DNA from: Vitrella brassicaformis CCMP3155
Taxonomy: Eukaryota > Protista > Chromerida
Assembly (NCBI GenBank): GCA_001179505.1
Contig: CDMY01001000.1
Location: forward strand, 163,605-227,604
Length of the DNA stretch: 64,000 nucleotides
Direction: 5' to 3'
Under the pieces are notes generated by a model, which was not told the origin of the DNA, searched no databases, and saw nothing but the letters and a program-made list of their open reading frames with translations. Below are positions 50,628 to 61,418 of the stretch, in pieces (positions within the stretch are counted from its first letter, which is position 1; the number at the start of each line of letters is the position of its first letter). A program made the position numbers and the translations under genes.

Positions 50628-50927
50628 NNNNNNNNNNNNNNNNNNNNNNNNNNNNNNNNNNNNNNNNNNNNNNNNNNNNNNNNNNNNNNNNNNNNNNNNN
50701 NNNNNNNNNNNNNNNNNNNNNNNNNNNNNNNNNNNNNNNNNNNNNNNNNNNNNNNNNNNNNNNNNNNNNNNNNNNNNNNNNNNNNNNNNNNNNNNNNNNN
50801 NNNNNNNNNNNNNNNNNNNNNNNNNNNNNNNNNNNNNNNNNNNNNNNNNNNNNNNNNNNNNNNNNNNNNNNNNNNNNNNNNNNNNNNNNNNNNNNNNNNN
50901 NNNNNNNNNNNNNNNNNNNNNNNNNNN
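50628..50927. other. Assembly gap (300 N) at a poly-C tract
   Basis: Visible N run; the two flanks resemble each other (aatgggtaacctcccc / aatggtaacccccc). Confidence 0.99.
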
Positions 50928-50991
50928 AATGGTAACCCCCCCCCCCCCCCCCCCCCCCCCCACACACACACACATACACATGACAGACACG

Positions 50992-51469
50992 CTCAAACAT
51001 CCATTCATGGTATTGCCCATGCGTGTGTGCAGCACTGTCGGCCGTCGGAGCGGCACATCGCCATCTGGCAACCGGTATGAGGTGGTGCGGGAGGGCACCG
51101 GCAGAGTGCCCTCGCTCAACGACCGCGTCAAGTTGTCGTGGATTGGGTGGCGTGATGACTTCGACGGCTGGGACAAAACAAACGAGGCCGTTGGGGTGGA
51201 GCGGCGTGTGTCTGATCTGACTGACTGGCTGGATGAGGCGTTGGTGGAGATGCGCGAGGGCGAGGTCAGGCGAGTCAAACTGCCAGGCAGCGGATCTTAT
51301 TTCCCATACCGTCAGCTGCGGTTGATCACCATCATAGAGTAGGAGAGACTGCACACACACACAAGTGTGAGCGGCTGTGTGTGTCACACACTCATTCATG
51401 TGTGTGGCCGGGAGCTCCTCGCTCCTCAAACATCCATTCATGGTATTGCCCATGTGTGTTTGCAGCACT
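50992..51469 (+). repeat. 45-bp direct repeats (50992-51036, 51425-51469) bracketing an FKBP-like cassette
   Basis: ctcaaacatccattcatggtattgcccatg(c/t)gtgt(g/t)tgcagcact, with 2 mismatches; each copy contains a splice acceptor. Confidence 0.92.
51033..51342 (+). CDS. FKBP-like terminal exon (candidate alternative last exon of the upstream RBR-gene exons)
   Basis: TVGRRSGTSPSGNRYEVVREGTGRVPSLNDRVKLSW...WLDEALVEMREGEVRRVKLP...YRQLRLITIIE*. Confidence 0.8.
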
Positions 51470-54400
51470 CATGGTGGTCGGCACTCCAGCGGCTCCTCGG
51501 CATCGCCTTCGTCGGCATCGGCATCATCGTCTTCTGTGCCCAAGCACACCCGACACACCATCAAGGGCGGCAGCAAAGCCTGCGGGGTACGATACGCCTG
51601 CATATGACACTCAGACAGACAGACAGACAGACAGAAGGATGTATGCTGGTGTGGTTGTTGGTGTGGTTGGTGTGGTTGGTTGGTGTGTCCATTCCTCCCT
51701 CCCTCCCTCCCTCCCATCAGCTGTGTCGGCGTCAGTTCGCTCGCGAGCAGCTCGTCAATCCGGACTGCAACGTACCCATACACACATACGTTGACACACA
51801 CGCGTGCCTTCTTTCTTTCTGCGTCACTCAATCAATCAATGATCTTCTTCCCTTCTTTCAGGTTCACTTCTACTGTCTGCCCTGTCTGTCTGAGTGGATC
51901 GAGACACAAGCGCCTAACGGAGACTTCGTCAAGTGGGAATGGACACCCACCCATGTCACACACACGTGCACACACGACACACGCACTCTCATGGATGTGT
52001 TTGATTGTCGATGGGTTCGACAGCCATCAGGTGTCTTGTCCGGAGTGCCCACACGTCCCGCTCACTGTTTACCAGCAGAAGTAGAACCACACACACATGA
52101 GATGGGCCACATACAGACACACACATGGATGGATAGACACATGTGCTCACCTGTTGTCTGGTCTGTGTGTGGTCAGGTATTGCATTGGCACCGAGAGCTG
52201 GTCAGCAAAGGAGGCCGAGCTGACCCAACAGCTGCTCCAACAGATCGCACAAAGTACGGAGGCGCCACAAATCATCGACAATCGCTGCACTTGGGCAAAC
52301 AGATCTCTCTCGCTTCCTCTGTGTGTGTGCAGGTGAGCCTCCCGTGGCGTATCAAGGGTCGACCGACGGTGCGTCGCCGTATCTGGAGGGTTCGTTCCAC
52401 TGCCCCGTGTGTCTGGAGGACAAACGCGTCGACGGCTCCATCCAAATCGACTGCGGACATCGCATATGCGGGTCTGTGGGTGGGTCTGTTGAGAGGAGAG
52501 AGATCCACACACACACACACACATCGACACACAGACACATGGATGGACACATACTTGTCGGTGTGGTGTGGTGCTGTGCTGTGTGTGTGCAGTCATTGTT
52601 TTTGTCAGTATGTGTCGTCGCTGGTCAAGGAAGCCAAAGTCTCACGTAAGCCCTCCCTCCCACACACACACACACAAACACACGAACACACGCATCCATC
52701 CAGCCATCTATCCATCCATCCAGCCATCCATCCATCCACCATGTGTGATGTGCAGAGAGCGACCTGAAGTGCCCGTACGAGAACTGCGGGATGCCGCTGA
52801 CGAATGAGCAGATCCAGGGCGCCCTGTCAGACGAGCTCAAACAGAAATTCCTCGACTACCGGTGCGTGAGTTGCTTGGCACATGTGGCCCTCACATCGAT
52901 GTGGAGGTGTGTATGTCTGTGTGTGTGGTCAGTGCGCGTCAGTACCAGCCCGAGGGCCAGGAGATCATGGCCAGCTGTCCCACACCGAACTGCGGCACCT
53001 TCCTCGTCCCCAAAGACATGAAACGAGTACCCACCGACCTACAGAAGACAACAAACAGAGAAGCATTGATGTTCGTCCGTTCTGCGTGTGATGGTGTGCA
53101 GGCCAAGTGTCCCGTGTGTCTGATCGAATTCTGCCCTCACTGCTCCAACTTGGTACACACACGCGGACAGAACACACCTACCTGCACACACAGAGGGTCG
53201 GTCGATCTGTGTGGCGACATGTACATGTACAGGCGCATGACCCGCTGACGTGCGAGCAGGCTGCGGCATCGACTGAGGGAGAGAAGCAGCTCAAGTCACT
53301 CGGGGAGGAAAAGGGCTGGAAGGTGGGCACGACACACACACACACACACATCCGTGTGCCATTGATTGTGTGGACGGTGTCCTTCGTCAGCCGTGTCCCA
53401 AGTGCAAGGCGATGTGCGAGAAGGTAGGTCCTTACAGCACACAGTTTGGGGCGACAGACAGAGAGATTGAATGCTTTCTGTCATCATGCAGGTCCTCGGG
53501 TGCAACTTCCTGACTTGCTGCGTACGCGTAAAGACGCCATGGCCATACCCACAGATGCACTGCACGCCAATTGTCCATGTTGCTCTGTGCGTGTGTGTGT
53601 GTGTGTGTGTGCAGTCGCCCAGGTGCCGTGGTCAGGGGATCCATTTCTGCTACATCTGTGGATCGCAACTCACACGCAAAGAGGTAGGTATGCATGGGAG
53701 AGAGGAAGGAAGGCCACACAGAAAAGACACACGCGGACAACACACCGACCGGTGCACATGTACGTACATGTGTGCATACGTGTCTGTCTGTCTGCAGCAT
53801 TACGATCACTTTCCGAAAGGGCCCTATGAGTACAGCTGCGTCAATCTGCCCAAGCCGCCCAAAATACCGCCAAGCGAACAAAACGGAGAGTCGGGCGAAC
53901 CAGGTACAGTACGATCAGTGTGTGGGTGGGTACACATGGGACACGTGTGTGTGTGTGTGTGTGTGTGTCCAGGCATCCGCATTCTGTTGCGGGGTCAGCG
54001 GTTGGGTCCGCTGGGCGACCGTTTGATCAACGAGATGCGACGGGCGGGAAGCGGCGAGCTGCGGGAGGGAGGAGGAAGGCTCAACCAACGAATACACGGT
54101 GGGTGGGCGGGGCGGGTGAGAGGGGACACATGTGCGCACACACACATGAAGGGCTTGATGGATGGCTGTGTGTGTGTGAATATAGATTTGCTGCCCATGT
54201 TCCCTGCCCCCGCCCCGCGAGCTCCGCCACCGCCTCCTGCTGCTGCGCCTGGGGCTGCGCCGCTGGGTGACAGAGTGCCGCAGCTGCTCAACCGGCCGGC
54301 GGAGAGGCCTGAGAGGCCCCCGCTGGTGCGGCTGCTGCAGAGACAGCACAACCCACCAACACCAAATGCACAGGTCGGTGGGTGACACACAGACACAGAG

Positions 54401-55948
54401 GCAGCAAAGGAGAGAGACGTACATGGACAGATGTGACGGACAAATGGATGGATGGATGGATGGACGGATGTGTGTGTTATCTCAGCCACTGCCTGTCCAC
54501 CGCGGATCCATTCCACAGCCACAGCCGTACCCACCCCACCAGCAGCTGCAGCCGGAGCCCTTGCCGGAGCCCTTGCCGGAGCCTTTCCCCCCTGCTGCTG
54601 CTGCTGAGCCTGGTCCCCCTCTCAACAGCAATCAGCTGCATCCTTGGTTCAACAACGGCATCATGGCTGGCTTTAGGGGATTCTTCCGTACGCAATGACG
54701 CAACACACATACGGACTGGGTGATGGGTGCACAAGGGTGGATGGATGTCTTGGTGTAGGTGGGGGCGGCGGTCTGCTGCCCACTCCCTCTCCCATTCCCT
54801 TGATTGACGGAAGCCCAGCAGCATCGCCCTTTTCACAGCAGCAGCCGATGGCAATGGATGCGGACCAACAGCAACACAGGCCAGCGACCCCTCTGCCATT
54901 CGCTGTCAGCCACCCTCCCCATCGCATCAACATCTTGCAGCCGCCACCACCACCACCGCCACCGCCGCCGCCACCCGTATACGTCATCACACAAGGGAAG
55001 TGCAGACAGACATGAGCGGGTGTCTGGTGTGTGTGTGCAGGATGGTGGTCTTGGTGCATCACCGAGCAGGCTTGATCCAAGGACACCCCCATTCATCCCA
55101 TCTGCTGTGGCCGCTGCTGCTGCTGGTGGGAACCACACTCTCACATCGCTGAGTGGAGCTTGGGTGATGGATGGATGGATGGATGGATGGGCATGTGATG
55201 TGATGTGTGTCCGTCCATCAGAGAGGGCGTCATCGTCTGTCATATCACAGGGCGATCCAGAGCCAGCAGAGCCGCCCTCGCCCATACCAGGCAAACACCC
55301 CTCCCACTCTCCCTCCACACACGCACACACACACACACACACGGATGGATGAATGGATGTGTGTGTGTGTGTGTGTGTGCAGAGTGGGAGAGTGAGGAAG
55401 TCGGGCCGCACGTGCCGCCCTTGCCGATGGAGCACTTCATGTCGTCATCCGGAGGCATGTCCCTCTCCGGCCTTTCTCTCTCGTCGGCATCTGCCTCTGC
55501 GGGGAGGGCTGCTGCTGAGGACAGCACCAACAACACCAGCAATAAGCCCCCTCAGCAGCAGCAGGCAGCGCCATCTATGAGTCTGTTCTCCCGCAATCCC
55601 TTTCTGCCCGACAACCACAACACACCACCCCGCCCACCTGCTGCTGCTTCGTCCTCTTCCGCCGCTGCCGCTGCTGCTGCTGGTGGTGGTGCTTCTGACA
55701 TCAACAGCAACAGCGATGATGAGTCGCCCGTCCCTCTGCCTTTGCTCTGTCTGCCCATGCCGGGGCTGGCGCATCTGTCAGGCGAGTACGCGAGTGAGCA
55801 GCCGTTCATCATGCCACACGCAGGCGGGCCGCTGATGGAGCGGCCTGTCATGTGGGCCGACCGAGAGAGCCGACACACCGAGAGAGATGGTCAGGGGGTT
55901 GACGAAAAGCGGCAAGAGGGAGAGGGGAAGAGTGGGGAAGGGACGTAA
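51466..55948 (+). CDS. RBR (RING1-IBR-RING2) E3 ubiquitin ligase with an extra N-terminal RING and a Pro/Ala-rich tail; possible 5' exons at about 50007-50612
   Basis: CGLC...CNVHFYCLPC...CPEC; CPVCLED...CGHRIC..C...KCPYENC; IBR CPTPNC...CPVCLIEFCPHC...HDPLTC; RING2 CPKC...GCNFLTC...C...FCYIC...H. The tail exon structure is uncertain. Confidence 0.85.
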
Positions 55949-56929
55949 GTAGTCGGCTATTGACTGGGTGCACATTTATGGCAAACAAGGACGTGCACAC
56001 GCTAATATCCACATGCGCGTGTGATGGACAGAGAGACTGACGGACGGAGAGGGCAACGAGCCTTCTGCCCTCGGCATGTATCGATGTCTTTCTTCTGATT
56101 GAGCGTGGATGAGGTTTTATCATATGTGTGCGTCTGTCAGTGTATTTGTATATGTGTGTGTACATCTATGTAAGTGATGACACAAAGGGACGTACGGTCA
56201 AGTGTCTTCACCGATTGGATCCCATGAAACCAACCTGTCTTCGTCTGGGCCGATAGGCGGTAGAATGAGGGATGTCAAAATAGTTGCAGTCGTCTTAATT
56301 AATCTCAGAAATGGGCATGCCGTGAAGACAGTGGAACAAAGAAAGGACAGACACACAGAGCAGCTCAACGATGCTGTCTGCTTGACCCGGTTGGCCTTTG
56401 CTCCCCCGGCTGCTGGAATTTTCTGTCTGTTGGCAGTGCACACACACACGACCACAGACACAGACGCTCAGACGGCCATGTCAACAGAGAAGAGCGTTGT
56501 CATTGACGAGTGGGGCTCCAATGGGACGCCTTATGTAATTGCGCGCACGCAGCGTCAAGTGGTCTGTCTGATCAATGGTGTCGGCAGCATCTCTGTCTGT
56601 CTGTGTGGCGGGAGGGGCCGGGCCATTTGTGAGTGTGACCAATTCACTAGGTCAACTCAGACACTCCACGGCCGTCACCCGCGAGACACACACACCCACA
56701 TGCAGACACACTCCACCACACAGTCACCACGAGAGAGAGATATGGCGGGCAGGTGAGTCAGCTAGGCAGCCAAACACACTCACAGATCGGCCGGAGCGTC
56801 ACATCAAAATCGGCCGGCAGCGAATCGGACCGCACGATAGACGCACTCACACCCATACCCACAGCCATCAGAGCCAAGCCAGCCATTCGGTCACACAGCA
56901 CCAGCAGCTGGTCCACCCAGCCACATCAA

Positions 56930-58445
56930 TCACAGCTCGTCTATTGCGCCCAGCCCCGCCCCCGCCCCGCCACTTTGTCCACTGCCAATCTTGGGTGCGA
57001 GTGGTGGGCTCCACATGAGCACTATCAGCAGCACTACCACACACCCCAGCAGAAACAGCATCAAGCATGCCCTGCTGTTGATGAGCTGCTGCTGCTGCTG
57101 TTGCTGCTGCTGTTGCTGCTGCTGTTGCTGCTGCTGTTGCTGCTGCTGTTGCTGTGGAGCTTGTCCGTTGAATACGAACGGCCCCACCGCCCTCAACGCC
57201 ACGCGAGCCAGCTCAGTGGTCAATGGGAAGCGGTGCTTGAAGGGACCATTCCCACACACAGCCGCCTCAGTCGTCAGAATCCACACATAAACTGCAGACA
57301 ACGTTGGACCAGATGACATTTGACCAGCAGCACTGCCTCTCGGTCACGCTGACCGTAGTTTCCAAATGTCCGAATCTCAACCCATGCGACGAAGGGATGG
57401 CTGCTGTCGGTGAGAACCAGCCATTGCCAGCCACCATCGCCCCGGCCCATTGTAGTCGTGCAGCCGGCCACCGGTGTGTGAGGCGATTGGGTGAGGAGGC
57501 CATTCAGATGGCCACCGACAGTCCTGAACAGACAGACACAACCAAATGACTTATGCTCTGACCCTGCCGCCCCATTGCTGTCATTGGTGTGGAACCTCTC
57601 GAGTAGAGTGAATCTGTCATTGCTCTGATGGGTATTCCTGAAGTGGTTGAGGATCTTGTCCTTGGCGAACGACGACACAGACGCATCGGTGAACTGTTCG
57701 CCCATCGACACCCATCGGCTGTGGTTGAGCGAGTAGCCGATGCGGCTGCGCACCGGTGGGTCGTGTGGCTGTCTGTGACGCAGGTACAGGTGGCCGGCAG
57801 GGAGGGGGGGGTCGACCTGCACGTAGAAGTTGGGGTCGTCCTTGATGGCCCGCACCTCACCGTTGCCGTGGTGGAACAGCTGGAGGCAGGTGCCGTCACT
57901 GAAGTGAACGTGGGGGCCGACCATCTTGAGCTGCGCCATCACACGGGGAGCCGACACATACGCCTACGCACACAACCACACACAGACAGACACACAGAGA
58001 GAATGAGGCCCTCTCTCTCCCTCCCCTCCCGGCTGTTTGCCGGCTCACCGTTTTGTTTGCGTGTGTGTTGATGTCAGCCCCACTGAGGGTCACAGGCAGC
58101 TCAGTTGCCGCACTGCCCCCCCAGCTCAATCACTTCGGCCATCTCACCCCAGTCCCCCTCCTCAACCACACACACAGCCGCCAGCAGATCATGTGTGCCG
58201 AACTGGTCGTCGTCGAACCGCAGCAGCTGCACTTGCTGCCCATTCACATTCGCCCGCCGCAGCCCCGCCTGTGAGCCCAGCGAGTGGCTGAGCCGATCTC
58301 TCAGCTGCGCTTCTCCGAAGAGCTGTTTGAGCCAGGTGCAGGTGGCCCTCAGCCGCACGACGTCCTTGACGCTGAGGAGGTAGCGGCTCCTCCGGCCCAC
58401 ACACAGGTATGACACGGGGTGCTGCTGCTGCTCGTGGTGCTGCAT
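56930..58445 (-). pseudogene. Lineage-expanded family member (F-box-like start) with polyQ and a C-terminal TM helix; frameshift near 58102
   Basis: YLLSVKDVVRLRATC...VIELGGQCGN* continues in another frame as ELPVTLSGADINTHANKT. Downstream exons include LPAGHLY...DPPVR and WILTTEA...RFPLTT, about 24 Gln, and LMLFLLGCVVVLLIVLMW. Confidence 0.65.
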
Positions 58446-59899
58446 GGGATGGATGGGCCAAGACGGTCAGATGAGTGAGGCAGTGGTCGACGACAGGCTG
58501 CACAGAGCGACAGAGCCGACAGACCGAGGATTATGTCCATCAAGCATGCTGCTCACACAGATCTGTGTGCTGCTCACCTCGTTCGATGCTCAGATGGACA
58601 GATCAGAGAGAGGTCAATGAGCTAACACAACCACCATCAGCACCAGCGGCAGATGAGGAGGCCCTCGTCGCTCCTCAGCCACACTGCACCGATGGGCCGA
58701 CAGACGTGCCGACAGACAGACACACAGAGAGAGAGGCACACAAACAGACAGACAGACACACAGAGAGAGAGGCACACAGACAGACAGACAGACAGACAGA
58801 AAGGCCAACGCATTCATTGAGGTCAGTGAGTGGATGAGCGCATCAGTGAGTCAGTGAGTCAGTGAGTGCTCGGGACTCCCTCACCTCTGATGTCTGTCAG
58901 CTCAACGCCCCGCCACCGCACGGCAGCAGTCGGAAGGACGACTGACTGACTCCAGGGACTCTTCTCGCCCTCTTGTCGGCCGAGTGCCTCACTCTCGCAA
59001 CGCACAGCTGTCCGACAAGCCGCACAAACTCCGCACTTTGCCTCTCGGGCGTGGGGCTCTAGGGTATCAAACCCTTTGACCCCTCGTCAGTCAAACCCTC
59101 TGGCTCTTTCGGTTCGTTCGGTGCGCAGCCCTCCTGACGGCTGTGTGCTGAGATCTGTCGTCCTTTGGCGCCCACTTTGCCTTAATTGTCAGCTGAGGTC
59201 GGCGACACAGACGCACACACACACGTGGCGAGTCAGTCAGGTCAGTGAGTGAGTGAGGGACAAACCCTCGAGCATCGCCATGATGTCACACAGGCCGTTC
59301 TGCTCTGTGTGGTGTGCTGCAGATGTCTGTCTGTCTGTCTGTCTGTCTGTCGACAGACAGACAGACAGTGCTGCAGCTGAGGGCGCCGAGGTTACCGGCG
59401 ACTGCACTCGAACGAACACCGCAGCGGTGCGCAGACAGACAGACAGACAGACAGACAGACACACACACACAGATGGGATGGATGTGACACACGACAGGAG
59501 AGAATCAGCCGACTGTCTGTCTGTCTGTCTTCTGTGTGGTTTGTGTGGCGTGCAGGTGTGGTTGGCTGGCGGGTTTGACGACTGACGATGGCCGCGAAGT
59601 GCTGCTCGTCTGTGCGTGCGTGTGTGTGTGTGTGTGTGTGTGTCGGCCGATGTGTCGACGACTGACTCACTCGACTTAACTGAATCGCTTTGTGTCTCTC
59701 GTGGGCTGGCCGCCCTCTGTGTGCCGCGGGGGGGTCTTTGTTGTGCCGTCCTGAGTGAGGGGATGGCTGCCGTGGTTTGTATGTGAGCTTGTCAGTCAGT
59801 CTGGCTGGAGGAAGGTGCATTGTCACATCACGTGGGGCTTTCTACCGGGTGTGTGATGGAAGAGAGAGAGATGGCAAAACTGATGGACAGACAGAGTGA

Positions 59900-61381
59900 T
59901 TTGGTTCGGTGCTGGCTGTCAGACTTCATGCGGAGACCTCACAGAGTGAGTGTTGATCATCACTCTCTGTGTGCGGTGGCCGTGTGGTGTCTGGCAGACA
60001 GACTGACACCACACTGGGCAGGCACACAGAGGAAAGGCAAAGGCACAACTGTGACTCATAGTGCTGGCTGCTATATGTGTGTGAGAGGGGCTGGCTGTCG
60101 TGTGTTAGTCGCTTTGTCAGTGTGCTTTCATTCAAGTGTGTCGGTCTGTGCATCGTCAAGCTTCTCTTGCTTACACTCCTCAGTGTGTCGGCCGATGCAC
60201 GACAGACAGCCATCACAGGAGAACAGACAGACAGACAAACAAAGAGACAGAGAGAGAAGGGGACGATTGGCTGATTGGCTGCACAGAAAATCGCTGTGTG
60301 GGGCGGTGTTTGGGCTGCCGTCTGTCTTTAAGTTGTCCGTTTTGGACGTGTGTCGGCGAGAGTGTGTTGATCTCTCGTCGGTGCATCCGTCACACACGGG
60401 CGGCTCACAGACAGACAGACAGACAGACAGTACACACACGCATCTGTCTTTCTCTTCGTCTGCGTATTTTCTGTTTTTGCCAGCTGTGCTGTGTCTGGCA
60501 CGAGTGTGTCGTCCCCTCTCCGTCCCTTTGTGGGCATCTAGTCTGTCACTCGGTGACTCTAGAGCATCAGCCCACGTCAGGTGTTGGTGCTTTGGGGTTG
60601 CCGGGCGGCGACAGAGATGCCCACAGAGGGAAATGGACAGACACTCGCCAATGAAGTGCGATGATGATGTGAGCAGTGAGCACACTGACAGTGAGACGAA
60701 CCTCCCCACATCGATGTGTGTGCAGTACTGCAGTGTATACCCGAGTGGATGAGAAGAACGTGTGGGTGCCATGTTAAGATGGAACGATGTGTGCACTGTC
60801 TGCTCTTACGTGTCGATTGCGTGTGGTTTAGTGCTGACGTGGGGTGTGGGTGTTTCTGTTGGGTGTGGGTGCCTGGCGTACTGGTGAATGGACACTGGAT
60901 GGGCGACAAGTTAAGTGGGAAGGAGAGAGAGTGAGAGAGAGAGGTTTGTCGGGTTCTTCTTTGGTGAGCCTGGCTGCGTCGTGTGTGTGAGTGGGATGGA
61001 GAGAGAGTGTGGTGGCGCTGGACACCGAACAGATTGAGGCTTTGGTGCCTTCTGTGTTGTCTTGTATCGTGTGTGTCCTCCCCCTCTGTGGGCATCTGTT
61101 GTACTGTCTCGCAGCGCTAGAGCGTCAGGCCATGAAGGGTGTTGGTGCTTTAGGGTTGCCGGGCGGTCACGGAGATGCACACAGAGGGGAACGGGCGAGG
61201 GAATGGACACACACACGCAGAGAGAGAGAGACCTGTCTGTTTGACTGCCCGTCTGCCTGTTGGTGTGTCACTCATGGTTCACTGGGCTGTGAGTCATGTG
61301 TGTCTGTCTGTCTGAGTGGAAAGATCGGCCGATACGCCGACTCCTTCCCAATACCTGACTGCCTGGCCTTAGCTGACATCT

Positions 61382-61418
<37 letters not shown>

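Noticed and set aside
8158-51424. FKBP cassette considered as an autonomous transposon, Helitron or LINE
   Set aside because: No transposase, Rep-helicase or reverse transcriptase, no terminal inverted repeats and no poly(A) tails are visible in the window.
51367-52767. 466-aa ORF in the track
   Set aside because: It reads through several microsatellite introns and mixes frames; the real exons belong to the RBR gene.
56478-56756. Possible small ORF MSTEKSVVIDEWG...
   Set aside because: No recognisable motif or consistent exon chain.
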